Below, piece after piece: positions 46,164 through 56,968 of a DNA stretch of 64,000 nt (position 1 is the stretch's first letter; every line of letters starts with the position of its first letter). The notes below the pieces were generated by a model. It saw only the letters and a list, made by a program, of their open reading frames with translations. It did not search any database and had not been told where the DNA came from. The position numbers were made by a program, and so were the translations under genes. This DNA comes from Bacteroidota bacterium (GTDB taxonomy: Bacteria > Bacteroidota > Bacteroidia > Flavobacteriales_C > GCA-002722245): assembly GCA_026390935.1 (NCBI GenBank), contig JAPLEZ010000145.1:51123-115122 (forward strand), read 5' to 3'.

Positions 46164-47609
46164 CTAAATGTTTATAAAGCTCAAAATATATTGTACAGAT
46201 GGTTCTACTAAATCAATCAATGGTTTAGGATATAAACCAGTGGCTATAATCACTATGGCAATTGGAATCAACACCGCCTTTTCATTGAAAGTCAAATCTG
46301 TAAAATCTTTAGTAGCAGCAGAGGTTTCTCCTAACATAGTTTTTTGGTAGGACATCAACATGTACACTGCGCCCAAAATGATGGTTAACCCGCAGAAAGC
46401 TGCAATTACGTTGCTGTATTCATAAACACCTAACAGTAAAAGGAACTCTCCAACAAAACCATTGGTTAAAGGAAGTGCAACGCTACCCAACAAAATGATA
46501 AGGAACAAAGTCGCAAACCATGGCGCTTTGCTGCGAATACCGCCCATGTCTTTCATTTCAAAAGTTTTGGTGCGGTTGAATAAAATATCTGCAACGAAGA
46601 AAAGTCCTACCACATTCACACCGTGCGCCAACATTTGCATGGATGCACCTCGCAAACCATTGTCGGTAAATGAAAACACACCAGCTGTAATCAATCCAAC
46701 GTGAGCGATAGAAGAATAAGCCAGCAATTTTTTGAAATCTTTTTGCACTATAGCAATGGCAGAAGCGTAAACAATACCAATGGTAGCGAGGATAACAACG
46801 TAATCAGCGTTGTCAATGCATCCTTGCGGAACAACAGGCAACAACCAACGCATCAAACCGAAGATCCCCATTTTCAACATGATCCCCGAAAGCAACATGG
46901 TGCCCGGAGTGCTGTTCATGTGGTAAGTGGAAGGCTGCCAAGTATGGAAAGGGAACACTGGAATTTTAATAGCGAAGGCAATAAAAAGCATCCAGAAAAT
47001 CCAACTTTGTGTTTCAGGAGCCAGGATAACTTTATGGAATGCCTCAATTGCGAAAGAATGCTCAGGCGTTTGCAAATACAAATAAATGATGGCAAACAGC
47101 ATCAATAAGCTACCTGCCAAAGTGTACAAGAAAAATTTGAATGTTATTGGACGTGCATTTTCACCGCCCCATAGCAAGGAAATAAAGTAAATTGGAATCA
47201 GCGCCAACTCCCAAAAAATGTAAAACAAGAAAGCATCTTGAGTAACAAACACACCAATGAGGGCCATTTCCATGGTTAAAATCAATGCATAAAAAGCCAG
47301 CGGGTTTTTATATTCTCTGTCAAAAGTGGAAAGGATAATCAAAGGAGTGAGGAAGGTAGTAAGCAAAACCATCAGCAAGCTTAAGCCATCCAAATTCACA
47401 CTGAAAGAAATTCCTAGTGATGGAATCCAATCTTGTTTAAAAGCATATTGCGAAAGATTACTTGCATCAAAGTTGATCCATGCACCGATGGCCATAGCAA
47501 AGGTGACAAGAGAAATAGCGAAGGCCGTTTTTTTAATGGAATCTCCTTTCATCACAAAAAGTGAAAGAGCTCCCAGCAACGGTAAAACGATTAAAAGTAA
47601 GGTCATCAT
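46164..47609 (-). CDS. nuoM: NADH-quinone oxidoreductase subunit M
   Basis: 481-aa antiporter-like subunit (FHTWQP, SIAHVG motifs), positioned between nuoL and nuoN. Confidence 0.9.
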   Translation of the reverse strand: MMTLLLIVLPLLGALSLFVMKGDSIKKTAFAISLVTFAMAIGAWINFDASNLSQYAFKQDWIPSLGISFSVNLDGLSLLMVLLTTFLTPLIILSTFDREYKNPLAFYALILTMEMALIGVFVTQDAFLFYIFWELALIPIYFISLLWGGENARPITFKFFLYTLAGSLLMLFAIIYLYLQTPEHSFAIEAFHKVILAPETQSWIFWMLFIAFAIKIPVFPFHTWQPSTYHMNSTPGTMLLSGIMLKMGIFGLMRWLLPVVPQGCIDNADYVVILATIGIVYASAIAIVQKDFKKLLAYSSIAHVGLITAGVFSFTDNGLRGASMQMLAHGVNVVGLFFVADILFNRTKTFEMKDMGGIRSKAPWFATLFLIILLGSVALPLTNGFVGEFLLLLGVYEYSNVIAAFCGLTIILGAVYMLMSYQKTMLGETSAATKDFTDLTFNEKAVLIPIAIVIIATGLYPKPLIDLVEPSVQYILSFINI

Positions 47610-49501
47610 TATCTGAACCAGATTAAATTAGCAACTAAAATTAGCACAACACCAGCTACAATACCGAAGATGTAAAATCCTGTATTTCCTTGTTGAAGTT
47701 GTTTTACAAAATTTCCTTTTTTTACGGACAAGGTTCCAAAAGCATTCACCACCGGATCAATCACTCGCTCTTCAATAAAAATGTACAACGCGTTTCCTAA
47801 CAACTGGAAAGGACGAATAATCACCTTTTCATAAACCTCATCAAGGAAATATTTCCCGACAAAAAGTTTTTGAATGCCTGTTACATTTTCAGCAGGAAGT
47901 GTTTGTTTTTCTTTGTAAATCCTTTTGGCCAATAACCACGAAGCAACGGCAAGTGCAACAGCACCCAACATCAGGAAAATTTCAGTTTCATGCGACAAGT
48001 CGAAACTACTGTCTTCTAATCCCAAGAAATTTTGCAAGAAATGACCGTGTTCCAAACCGAATAACTCGAGCGGTAATCCTAAAACCCCACCAAAAGCTGC
48101 CAACACCGCCAACACCACTAAAGGTGTAGTCATGCTGGAAGGCGATTCATGCAAGTGATGTTTTTGATGATCTGTTCCTCTGAAACCATTAGAGAAAGTA
48201 AGGAAGTACAAACGGAACATATAGAAAGCCGTTAATGCAGAAGTTGCAGAGGCCACCACCCATAAAGCCGGACTATCATTAAAAATATGCGCCAGCATTT
48301 CGTCTTTGGAGAAGAAACCAGAGAAAGGAGGAATCCCTGCAATAGCGATACAGCCAATCACAAAAGTGATGTGTGTAAGCGGCAATGCCTTTTTCAATCC
48401 GCCCATTTTTCTAATGTCTTGTTCGCCGCTCATTGCGTGAATCACGCTACCAGCACCAAGGAAAAGTAGGGCTTTGAAGAACGCATGCGTCAACAAGTGA
48501 AACATCGAGCTAGTATAAGCTCCTACACCTAAAGCGATAAAAATCATCCCGAGCTGACTCACCGTAGAATAAGCCAATACTTTTTTAATATCGTTTTGAA
48601 CCACCGCAATGGTAGCAGCTACCAGCGCAGTAATAGCACCTACCCAAGCAATGATGCACATGGTTTCAGGAGCGAGGTTAAATAAAATGTGAGAACGAAC
48701 AATGAGGTAAATACCAGCAGTTACCATAGTTGCCGCATGAATCAAGGCAGATACAGGCGTTGGTCCCGCCATTGCATCAGGCAACCAAGTGAACAAAGGC
48801 AGTTGAGCACTTTTTCCTGTAGCACCAATAAAAAGCAAAATCGTAATTCCCAAAATAGCAGGGTTTCCTTCTGAATATTGAGCCGCATCCGCAAATACTT
48901 CCGTGAATTGTAAACTTCCAAATTCAGAGAACATCACAAATAATCCAAGGATAAATCCAAGGTCACCTATCCTGTTCATGATGAAAGCCTTTTTCGCAGC
49001 ATCATTGTAATCCGGTGTTTTGTACCAGAAACCGATCAGTAAATAAGAACAAAAACCAACACCTTCCCAACCGGTGAAGAGTACTAAATAATTGTCGCCC
49101 ATAACGAGCAACAACATAAAGAAAACGAAGAGGTTGAGGTAAGCGAAAAAGCGGTTGTAGTTTTCGTCGTCGTGCATGTAGCCAACAGAATATACGTGAA
49201 TTAAAAATCCAACGCCTGTCACTAACGACATCATGATGAGCGACAATTGATCTACAAAAAAGGAAAAGGAAAGTGTGGTATCACCAATCACCAACCAATC
49301 AAAAGCCTTAACAGTTGTTGCCGCTGAACCTCCGCTAACGAAAGACACAAACACCACTACGGTGCAAATAAAAGCACCTAAAATAGCGCCGCTTCCAATT
49401 AATCCTACAGATGATTTTGAAAGGTTTTTTCCGAATAAACCGTTGATGATAAAGCCAATCAGCGGTAAAACAGGTATGAGTAAAGCTAAGTTCATTTGCA
49501 A
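47609..49501 (-). CDS. nuoL: NADH-quinone oxidoreductase subunit L
   Basis: 630-aa antiporter-like subunit (WEGVGFCSYLLIGFW, ALIHAATMVTAG) with a C-terminal extension. Confidence 0.9.
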   Translation of the reverse strand: MQMNLALLIPVLPLIGFIINGLFGKNLSKSSVGLIGSGAILGAFICTVVVFVSFVSGGSAATTVKAFDWLVIGDTTLSFSFFVDQLSLIMMSLVTGVGFLIHVYSVGYMHDDENYNRFFAYLNLFVFFMLLLVMGDNYLVLFTGWEGVGFCSYLLIGFWYKTPDYNDAAKKAFIMNRIGDLGFILGLFVMFSEFGSLQFTEVFADAAQYSEGNPAILGITILLFIGATGKSAQLPLFTWLPDAMAGPTPVSALIHAATMVTAGIYLIVRSHILFNLAPETMCIIAWVGAITALVAATIAVVQNDIKKVLAYSTVSQLGMIFIALGVGAYTSSMFHLLTHAFFKALLFLGAGSVIHAMSGEQDIRKMGGLKKALPLTHITFVIGCIAIAGIPPFSGFFSKDEMLAHIFNDSPALWVVASATSALTAFYMFRLYFLTFSNGFRGTDHQKHHLHESPSSMTTPLVVLAVLAAFGGVLGLPLELFGLEHGHFLQNFLGLEDSSFDLSHETEIFLMLGAVALAVASWLLAKRIYKEKQTLPAENVTGIQKLFVGKYFLDEVYEKVIIRPFQLLGNALYIFIEERVIDPVVNAFGTLSVKKGNFVKQLQQGNTGFYIFGIVAGVVLILVANLIWFR

Positions 49502-49502
49502 A

Positions 49503-49832
49503 CTACCATTTTAATTTATTCAATGCATTGATATCAACAGAACCTCTGTTGTGGTGTATCATTGTTAGGATGGCCAGGCCAATCGCGACTTCCGCAGCGG
49601 CTACCACCATAATAAAAAATACAAATACTTGACCCTTTGCATCTCCGCGAAAAGCAGAAAACGCAACCATTAATAAGTTTACCGCATTGAGCATTAACTC
49701 AATCGACATAAAAGCGATGATGGCATTTCTGCGGATCAACATCCCCAAAACACCAATACTGAAAAGTGTAACACTAAGGAAAATGTAGTATTCCAAAGGC
49801 ACAACTTGTATCGTGGAAGTAATTTCGTTCAT
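49503..49832 (-). CDS. nuoK: NADH-quinone oxidoreductase subunit K
   Basis: 109 aa, 3 TM helices, AAAEVAIGLAIL motif. Confidence 0.9.
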   Translation of the reverse strand: MNEITSTIQVVPLEYYIFLSVTLFSIGVLGMLIRRNAIIAFMSIELMLNAVNLLMVAFSAFRGDAKGQVFVFFIMVVAAAEVAIGLAILTMIHHNRGSVDINALNKLKW

Positions 49833-49838
49833 ACTTTC

Positions 49839-50327
49839 TTATTTCTTTTTTGCTAATAAAACTGAACCCGCCATTGCTGAAAGGAACAATACTGAACTTG
49901 CTTCAAATGGAAGCAAATATTCGGAAAACAATACTTTACCTAAATTCTTAACTGAACCAATACCATCTGTTCCTTCAGGCAGTGGAATCGCAATGCTTTC
50001 TTTGAAAGAAGCCAGCATCACCAAGAAAAGCAATCCCGCAGAAACTACTGCAGCAACTTTAACAATGTTTGGTTTTGTTGATTCACTTTCTTTGTTCAGA
50101 TTGAGCAACATGATCACGTAAAGAAACAATACCATAATGGCTCCTGTGTAAACAATGATTTGCACGATGGCCAGGAAATGGGCATTTAAAATAACGAAGT
50201 GGCCTGCAATAGAGAAGAAAGTCCCTATTAAAAACAAAACACTGTGGATCGGGTTTTTAGCAAAGACCATCAATAAAGCACAAGCGATGGATATTGCTGA
50301 CAGGATATAAAAAACGTATTCTAACAT
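49839..50327 (-). CDS. nuoJ: NADH-quinone oxidoreductase subunit J
   Basis: 162-aa membrane protein in the conserved operon position. Confidence 0.85.
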   Translation of the reverse strand: MLEYVFYILSAISIACALLMVFAKNPIHSVLFLIGTFFSIAGHFVILNAHFLAIVQIIVYTGAIMVLFLYVIMLLNLNKESESTKPNIVKVAAVVSAGLLFLVMLASFKESIAIPLPEGTDGIGSVKNLGKVLFSEYLLPFEASSVLFLSAMAGSVLLAKKK

Positions 50328-50328
50328 T

Positions 50329-50856
50329 CTAATATTTTTTTTGTCTTTTAGTGATGTCTATTCTATTGTTCATGTCTTCAACCAACTTATCCTTGCCGTA
50401 AACAAAATCTTGTCTGTCGTAGCTGGTTTTCACGATTTCGTCGGTCAAGAAAATCGCTTCTTTCGGACAAGCCTCTTCGCACAATCCGCAGAAGATGCAA
50501 CGCAGCATATTGATTTCATAAACTGCAGCATATTTCTCTTCTCGGTATTTTCCTTCTTCGCCTTTTTTGCGTTCAGCGGCAGTCATGGTGATGGCTTCCG
50601 CCGGACAAGCAACAGCACACAATCCACAAGCAGTACAGTTTTCGGCGCCTTTTTCATCGCGCTTCAGTACGTGTTTGCCGCGGTAAACCGGTGCAAATTC
50701 TTTTTGAACCTCTGGATATTTCAGCGTAGCTTTTTTCTTGAATAAATGGCTTAGCGTAATCGCCATCCCTTTTATAATTGCAGGAAAATAAAGTCTCTCC
50801 ATAAAGGAAAGCTCTTTATTTACAGCAACTTTAGATCTATTGGTTAATGCCTTCAT
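50329..50856 (-). CDS. nuoI: NADH-quinone oxidoreductase subunit I
   Basis: Two 4Fe-4S motifs (CTACGLCAVACP, CIFCGLCEEACP). ATG at 50856 is preferred over TTG at 50877. Confidence 0.9.
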   Translation of the reverse strand: MKALTNRSKVAVNKELSFMERLYFPAIIKGMAITLSHLFKKKATLKYPEVQKEFAPVYRGKHVLKRDEKGAENCTACGLCAVACPAEAITMTAAERKKGEEGKYREEKYAAVYEINMLRCIFCGLCEEACPKEAIFLTDEIVKTSYDRQDFVYGKDKLVEDMNNRIDITKRQKKY

Positions 50857-50863
50857 TTCGTTT

Positions 50864-51889
50864 TTATTTAAAAACAATAATTCCCAAACCGGTCAATATC
50901 ACGTTTATAATCGACAGTGGAATCAATATCTGCCATCCTAATCTCATCAATTGATCGTAGCGAAAACGTGGTAAAGTCCAGCGTACCCACATAAAGAAGA
51001 AAATACCAAAAGCAATTTTTAGGAAGAAACAAGCTGTTCCAACAATGGTCACAGTATTTGGCGACCAGCCAAAGTCGTTGATAAATGGCATGTTATAGCC
51101 TCCAAAATATACCGCAGCAATCAGTGCGCAAGAAACAAACATATTGATGTACTCTGCGAAGAGAAAGAATCCTAATTTCATAGAGCTGTACTCTGTGTGG
51201 TAACCACCAATTAATTCGGTTTCGCACTCAGGTAAATCGAAAGGAGCACGGTTGGTTTCAGCAAAAGCACAAATTAAAAAGATGATGAATCCTAAGGGTT
51301 GGTAAAACACATTCCAGTGCGCGCCCGGCTGACCTTTTACAATTTCGTTGATGCTCAAATCTCCTGTCATCATCACCACAGCGATAACAGAAAGTCCCAT
51401 CGCCAATTCGTAAGAAATCATTTGCGACGAAGCACGAATAGCGCCTAGTAACGAATATTTATTGTCGGATGCCCAACCACCAATCATGATTCCATAAATA
51501 CCTACCGAAGTAATTCCAAGGATGTACAAAATACCAATGTTGATGTCGGCAACTTGCAATGAATAAGTTTCTCCATCAATAATTAAATTTCCTCCCCAAG
51601 GCATCACTGCACTTGACATTCCGGCGGTGAGCATAGCCAAACATGGAGCAAAAATAAACAACCATTTACTGGAGGTTGTAGGAATAATTTCCTCCTTCAT
51701 GAACATCTTAACACCGTCGGCCAAAGGCTGAAGCAAACCAAAAGGTCCCGCTCTGTTCGGACCGATTCTATCTTGTAAAACCGCTGAAATTTTTCTTTCG
51801 GCAAAGGTAGAATATAGAGCAACCAAAAGTGTTACCACAAAGATGGCAACTACCAATGATGCTTTAAATATGAGTTCCATTAATTCCAT
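50864..51889 (-). CDS. nuoH: NADH-quinone oxidoreductase subunit H
   Basis: ERKISAVLQDRIGPNR motif, 341 aa, polytopic. Confidence 0.9.
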   Translation of the reverse strand: MELMELIFKASLVVAIFVVTLLVALYSTFAERKISAVLQDRIGPNRAGPFGLLQPLADGVKMFMKEEIIPTTSSKWLFIFAPCLAMLTAGMSSAVMPWGGNLIIDGETYSLQVADINIGILYILGITSVGIYGIMIGGWASDNKYSLLGAIRASSQMISYELAMGLSVIAVVMMTGDLSINEIVKGQPGAHWNVFYQPLGFIIFLICAFAETNRAPFDLPECETELIGGYHTEYSSMKLGFFLFAEYINMFVSCALIAAVYFGGYNMPFINDFGWSPNTVTIVGTACFFLKIAFGIFFFMWVRWTLPRFRYDQLMRLGWQILIPLSIINVILTGLGIIVFK

Positions 51890-52836
51890 TATTTATCCAG
51901 CTTTTTGAAGTGAGGAGTCGCTAATTTCATGTAGTGGTTTTGAGAAATAACCGAGTGACGGTCGATGTTTCTCGGACCTTCAATGGTCCAATCGCTTGTT
52001 TTTTTATGCTCGAAACGACAGTCGTTGCAAATCCATTCTTCGTTCTCTCCCCATTGATCTTTTCTACCTGTAACGCGCAAAACCTCATCCCCTTTTTCCC
52101 AAAGCGTTACTTTACCTGAACATTTTTTACAATCTCTGTGTGCATCCATAGGTTTTGTAAACCATACTCTGCTTTTGAAACGGAAGGTTTTGTCGGTTAA
52201 TGCTCCCACCGGACAAACATCAATCATGTTTCCTGAAAAATCATTGTCGATGGCTTTCTCAATATAAGTGCTGATTTCAGAAACATCTCCTCTGTTCATC
52301 ACCCCGTGACAACGACCGTCGGTAATTTGATCGGCAGTTTTAACACAGCGGTAACAAAGGATGCAGCGATTCATGTGCAATTGAATTTTATCGCCTATAT
52401 CTTTTCTTTCAAATGTTCTTCTTTCAAAATCGAAACGCGTTTTTTCGCCACCGTTTTGATAACCTAAATCCTGCAAATGGCACTCTCCAGCTTGATCACA
52501 AATAGGACAATCCAAAGGATGGTTCATTAATAAAAATTCCACCACGCCTTTTCTTGCATCCACCACTTCTGGTGAAGTCAAGTTTTGCACTTCCATCCCG
52601 TCCATTACAGTAGTACGGCAGGAAGCCACCAATTTTGGCATCGGACGAGGATCTTTATCAGAACCCTTGCTCACTTTTACGATGCAGGTACGACAATATC
52701 CTCCGCTGGTTTTCAGCTTGGAGTGATAACACATGGTAGGAGGTGCAACTTCACCACCTATCGCACGGGCCGCCTGAAGAATAGTGGTTCCATCAGGAAC
52801 CTCTACTGTATGACCATCTATAGTAACCTTTGCCAT
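51889..52836 (-). CDS. nuoG: NADH-quinone oxidoreductase subunit G, short form (Fe-S domains only)
   Basis: 2Fe-2S (CYHSKL...CRTC) and 4Fe-4S motifs (HPLDCPICDQAGEC, CILCYRCV, CPVGAL). 315 aa with no molybdopterin-like domain. Confidence 0.8.
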   Translation of the reverse strand: MAKVTIDGHTVEVPDGTTILQAARAIGGEVAPPTMCYHSKLKTSGGYCRTCIVKVSKGSDKDPRPMPKLVASCRTTVMDGMEVQNLTSPEVVDARKGVVEFLLMNHPLDCPICDQAGECHLQDLGYQNGGEKTRFDFERRTFERKDIGDKIQLHMNRCILCYRCVKTADQITDGRCHGVMNRGDVSEISTYIEKAIDNDFSGNMIDVCPVGALTDKTFRFKSRVWFTKPMDAHRDCKKCSGKVTLWEKGDEVLRVTGRKDQWGENEEWICNDCRFEHKKTSDWTIEGPRNIDRHSVISQNHYMKLATPHFKKLDK

Positions 52837-52849
52837 TCTTTATATTCTT

Positions 52850-54151
52850 TTAATGTGCTACTGCTGTTTTTGGTATCAATGCTTCGAACTCATGACGGAA
52901 ATGACGAATAGCACTTGCTACTGGCCATGCTGCGGCATCACCAAGCGGACAAATTGTATTTCCTTCAATTCTTTTTTGAATGTCCCACAACAAATCAATG
53001 TCGGTAGCTTTGCCATGTCCTTCTACAATTCGGTGCGCTACTTTCTCCATCCAGCCTGTTCCTTCGCGACACGGCGAACATTGTCCGCAGCTTTCGTGAT
53101 GGTAAAAACGGTTGAAAGTATATAAGTTCATTGGAATGCTGGTGTCTTCATCATACACGATAAATCCGCCTGATCCCAACATTGATCCTGTTGCAAATCC
53201 TCCATCACTCAATGATTCATAGCTCATCAAGCGCGGTTCGCCTTTAGCGGTTTTCAATATTAATTCCGTTGGTAAAATTGGTACAGAAGATCCACCTGCA
53301 ACCACAGCCTTCATCTTTTTATTTTTCCAAATTCCTCCGCAGTACTCGTTGGAGTATATAAATTCTTCAACAGGCAAGCCCAATTCAATTTCGTAAACAC
53401 CAGGATTATTGATGTGTCCGGAAGCAGAAATCAATTTTGTTCCGGTGCTTTTTCCAATACCGATTTTTGCGTATTCGTCGCCACCCATCATTACAATAGG
53501 AACAACAGCAGCAATGGTTTCAACATTATTCACAACAGTTGGACAGCCGTACAATCCCGCAATAGCTGGGAATGGCGGCTTAATACGAGGGTTTCCTCTT
53601 TTACCTTCCAACGACTCCAACAAAGCAGTTTCTTCACCACAGATATAAGCACCTGCTCCTACCTGCACCGACAAATCCAAAGAATAACCTGTTCCTAAAA
53701 TATTTTTTCCTAAATACCCAGCAGCGTAAGCTTCTTCAATAGCAGTTTCTAAAATACGTGCTACATAAAAGTATTCACCACGAATATATATGTACGAAGT
53801 TTTTGCCCCTAATGCGAAACTTGAAGTAATCATTCCCTCAATTAAAGCATGAGGAATTTTCTCCATTAAATATCTGTCTTTGAAAGTTCCTGGTTCCGAC
53901 TCATCAGCGTTACACACCAGGTAACGAGCCACACCTTCAGGCTTTGCCAAGAAACTCCATTTCATTCCAGTTGGAAATCCTGCACCACCTCTACCGCGTA
54001 ATCCTGATTTTTTAACTTCTTCCACAATAGCTTCGGGAGTCATTGTTTTCAAAGCCTTTTCAACAGAAGCATAACCACCGTGCTGTTTATATACCTCTAA
54101 AGTGTGGATTCCGCCAACCTTATCGTTCTGTATTAATAACTTTTTACCCAT
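52850..54151 (-). CDS. nuoF: NADH-quinone oxidoreductase subunit F
   Basis: GRGGAGFPTG, GAGAYICGEETAL and ESCGQCSPCREG motifs. Confidence 0.95.
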   Translation of the reverse strand: MGKKLLIQNDKVGGIHTLEVYKQHGGYASVEKALKTMTPEAIVEEVKKSGLRGRGGAGFPTGMKWSFLAKPEGVARYLVCNADESEPGTFKDRYLMEKIPHALIEGMITSSFALGAKTSYIYIRGEYFYVARILETAIEEAYAAGYLGKNILGTGYSLDLSVQVGAGAYICGEETALLESLEGKRGNPRIKPPFPAIAGLYGCPTVVNNVETIAAVVPIVMMGGDEYAKIGIGKSTGTKLISASGHINNPGVYEIELGLPVEEFIYSNEYCGGIWKNKKMKAVVAGGSSVPILPTELILKTAKGEPRLMSYESLSDGGFATGSMLGSGGFIVYDEDTSIPMNLYTFNRFYHHESCGQCSPCREGTGWMEKVAHRIVEGHGKATDIDLLWDIQKRIEGNTICPLGDAAAWPVASAIRHFRHEFEALIPKTAVAH

Positions 54152-54166
54152 TATTTCTCGCGACTT

Positions 54167-54712
54167 TTATAATGTGTTTTTGTAATCTCTGTCGGTATAA
54201 CTTCTTCTTTTTCCTGCAGCACGATAGCTTTCAATTAAAGCATCCACTTTTTCTGGCGTAAGGTTTTCGTGGTACGATGCTCCGCATTGCAGCATCGGCG
54301 CTGATCCGCAGCTACCTAAACACTCCACAGCCTTCAAAGTAAACATTCCGTCAGAAGTTGTTTCTCCTGGTTTAATGCCCAATTTTTTTCCAATGTGCGC
54401 GATGATATCATCGGCTCCGCGGGCCCAGCAAGAAGAGGTGCGACAAACGTCGAACACACAGTTACCAACAGGAGCCAAGTGGAACATGGAATAAAATGAA
54501 GCTACTTCGTAAACTTCAACTGGTTGAATTTTTAAAGTGGCAGCTACCAAATCCATTGTTTCAGCGCTTAACCATCCGTCGAATTCAGCTTGTGCGATGT
54601 GTAATATCGGAATCAAAGCCGATTTGTGCTTTCCTTCCGGATAACGGCTGATGATCTTTTGGATCTCGGCCATTGACGCATCAGAAAATTTTATGTTCGT
54701 TGAAGTACTCAT
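54167..54712 (-). CDS. nuoE: NADH-quinone oxidoreductase subunit E
   Basis: 2Fe-2S motifs (CRTSSC, CLGSCGSAPM), 181 aa. Confidence 0.9.
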   Translation of the reverse strand: MSTSTNIKFSDASMAEIQKIISRYPEGKHKSALIPILHIAQAEFDGWLSAETMDLVAATLKIQPVEVYEVASFYSMFHLAPVGNCVFDVCRTSSCWARGADDIIAHIGKKLGIKPGETTSDGMFTLKAVECLGSCGSAPMLQCGASYHENLTPEKVDALIESYRAAGKRRSYTDRDYKNTL

Positions 54713-54718
54713 ATTTTT

Positions 54719-55915
54719 TTAAGCATCTAATTCACCTGCAATAATATTTAAGCTACTCATAGTGATAATGGCATCCGACAAAACGGATCCTTCAATCATT
54801 TTTGCATAAGCCTGATAGGCAATGAAACATGGTCGGCGGAAATGCAAACGATATGGTGTTCTTCCTCCGTCGCTCACCAAGTAAAATCCCAATTCGCCAT
54901 TGGCTCCTTCTACTGAATGATACACCTCTCCAATTGGCACTTTGGTTTCACCCATGATGATTTTGAAGTGATAAATCAAAGCTTCCATTTTAGTATAAAC
55001 GTCTTCTTTCGGAGGCAAGTAAAATTCAGGAACATCAGCATGGTAAGGTCCTTCCGGCATTTTATTCATTGCCTGTTGAATGATGCTGATGCTGTTCCAC
55101 ATCTCTGCGCTGCGCACCATGTATCTGTCGTAACTATCTCCTTGTTTTCCTACAGGAATTGTGAAATCAAAATCCTGATAAGAAGAATATGGATTCATTA
55201 CACGTACGTCGTAATCTAAGCCTGTAGCGCGCAAATTCGGACCGGTAAAGCCGTAGTTCAAAGCGTTTTCAGGTGTCATCGGACCGGTACCAATGGTACG
55301 ATCCATAAATATTCTGTTGCGATTTACCAATGATTCATATTCACGGAAAGCCTTAGGGAACTCAGTCAAAAAGTCTTTAATCAGTTTCCACGTTTGTTCA
55401 CTAAAATCTCGTTCAAAGCCACCAATTCTACCAATGTTGGTAGTCAATCGTGCTCCGCAGATGCTTTCAAATATTTCGTAAATTTTTTCTCTTTGCTGGA
55501 AGATGTAAGTAAAGCCGGTTAATGCTCCACAGTCCACTGCCAAAATCGAATTACAAATTACGTGATCGGCAATACGCGCCAACTCCATAATGATTACACG
55601 CATGTAATCCACTTTTTTAGGAGTTTGTACACCCAACAATTTCTCTACCGTCATTTCCCATCCCATGTTGTTGATAGGTGCAGAGCAATAGTTCAATCGA
55701 TCGGTGATAGGAGTAATTTGATTGTATGGTCGGCGTTCAGCCAGTTTTTCAAAAGCGCGGTGAATGTATCCAACGGTTGATTCGGCATGAATGATTTTTT
55801 CTCCATCCATGGTCAACACGTTTTGAAAAATACCGTGTGTTGCAGGATGTGTTGGTCCGAGATTTATGGTGTTATAATTCTCGCCGCTTATTTTATCGTT
55901 GATGCTTTCAATCAT
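54719..55915 (-). CDS. nuoD: NADH-quinone oxidoreductase subunit D
   Basis: GPTHPATHG and IHRAFEKLAE motifs, 398 aa. Confidence 0.95.
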   Translation of the reverse strand: MIESINDKISGENYNTINLGPTHPATHGIFQNVLTMDGEKIIHAESTVGYIHRAFEKLAERRPYNQITPITDRLNYCSAPINNMGWEMTVEKLLGVQTPKKVDYMRVIIMELARIADHVICNSILAVDCGALTGFTYIFQQREKIYEIFESICGARLTTNIGRIGGFERDFSEQTWKLIKDFLTEFPKAFREYESLVNRNRIFMDRTIGTGPMTPENALNYGFTGPNLRATGLDYDVRVMNPYSSYQDFDFTIPVGKQGDSYDRYMVRSAEMWNSISIIQQAMNKMPEGPYHADVPEFYLPPKEDVYTKMEALIYHFKIIMGETKVPIGEVYHSVEGANGELGFYLVSDGGRTPYRLHFRRPCFIAYQAYAKMIEGSVLSDAIITMSSLNIIAGELDA

Positions 55916-55926
55916 TGCTCTTTATT

Positions 55927-56430
55927 TTATCGGCCAAACATTGTGTCATTTTTATCGGTACGGGTTCCGTCTTCCAGCGCGTACTCTTTGCGCAAGGGGA
56001 AATAATCCATTTCATCCATGTTTAAAATTCTTCTTAAATCAGGATGTCCTTTGAAAATAATTCCATAGAAATCATAGGTTTCTCTCTCCTGCCAATTGGC
56101 CGATTTGAAAAGGGAAACCATTGAATCAATTTCAGGTTTTGCTTTTGGCAAACGTGTTTTTAATCGGATGCGAGTGTTGGTGTACAAATTATGAATGTGA
56201 TAAACCACACCCAACTCATCGGTAGTATCGTAGTGCATTCCACAAACATCGGTCAAAAAAGAAAATCCCATTTCTTCGCTTGCTAAAAATGCAATGATGC
56301 TTTTGATGTTGTTGCTGTCAACAGAAATAGTGAGAGCGCCAAAAGGCTCAGCAATTTCTTTTATACTTGATGCAAAGCGGGAGTTAAGCGCTTCAACAAT
56401 TTTGGTGTGTTCAGCGTTATTCGATTCCAT
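55927..56430 (-). CDS. nuoC: NADH-quinone oxidoreductase subunit C
   Basis: [26 protein letters not shown] motif. Confidence 0.9.
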   Translation of the reverse strand: MESNNAEHTKIVEALNSRFASSIKEIAEPFGALTISVDSNNIKSIIAFLASEEMGFSFLTDVCGMHYDTTDELGVVYHIHNLYTNTRIRLKTRLPKAKPEIDSMVSLFKSANWQERETYDFYGIIFKGHPDLRRILNMDEMDYFPLRKEYALEDGTRTDKNDTMFGR

Positions 56431-56968
56431 AAGATGCTAAAAGAGCTTTGTATTCTGGGGAGTTTCTTCTTCTTAATGACTCATTGCCGATCAAATCCTG
56501 AATTCTCATCAATCCGTCAATGATTTGTTCTGGTCGAGGAGGACAGCCTGGTACATAAACGTCAACAGGTACTACTTTGTCGATTCCTTGCAACACGCTG
56601 TAAGTATCAAAAATACCACCGCTTGATGCGCAGGCGCCAACAGCAATCACCCAACGTGGCTCGGCCATTTGCAGGTAAACCTGTTTTACTACCGGACCCA
56701 TTTTTTTGGATATTGTTCCCATCACCATCAGCAAGTCGGCCTGACGTGGAGAGAAGCTTAATCTCTCGGCACCAAATCTTGCCATGTCGTAATTAGAAGC
56801 CATCGTAGCCATAAATTCAATTCCGCAACATGAAGTGGCGAAAGGCAAAGGCCAGATAGAATTTTTTCTGGCCAAGCCAACTGCTTTGTCCAAAGAAGTG
56901 GCAAAAAATCCAGCTTCGCTGTGTCCTTCAGGAGCAGCAACGATAGTAACTTTAGTATCTACTCCCAT
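56417..56968 (-). CDS. nuoB: NADH-quinone oxidoreductase subunit B
   Basis: SCCGIEF and GCPPRPE Fe-S ligand motifs. Confidence 0.95.
   Translation of the reverse strand: MGVDTKVTIVAAPEGHSEAGFFATSLDKAVGLARKNSIWPLPFATSCCGIEFMATMASNYDMARFGAERLSFSPRQADLLMVMGTISKKMGPVVKQVYLQMAEPRWVIAVGACASSGGIFDTYSVLQGIDKVVPVDVYVPGCPPRPEQIIDGLMRIQDLIGNESLRRRNSPEYKALLASYGIE

Noticed and set aside
51889-52836. Possible truncated or pseudogenised nuoG
   Set aside because: The frame is intact, all Fe-S ligand motifs are present, the gene abuts its neighbours normally, and no degraded C-terminal domain is visible downstream. It is treated as a genuine short form.
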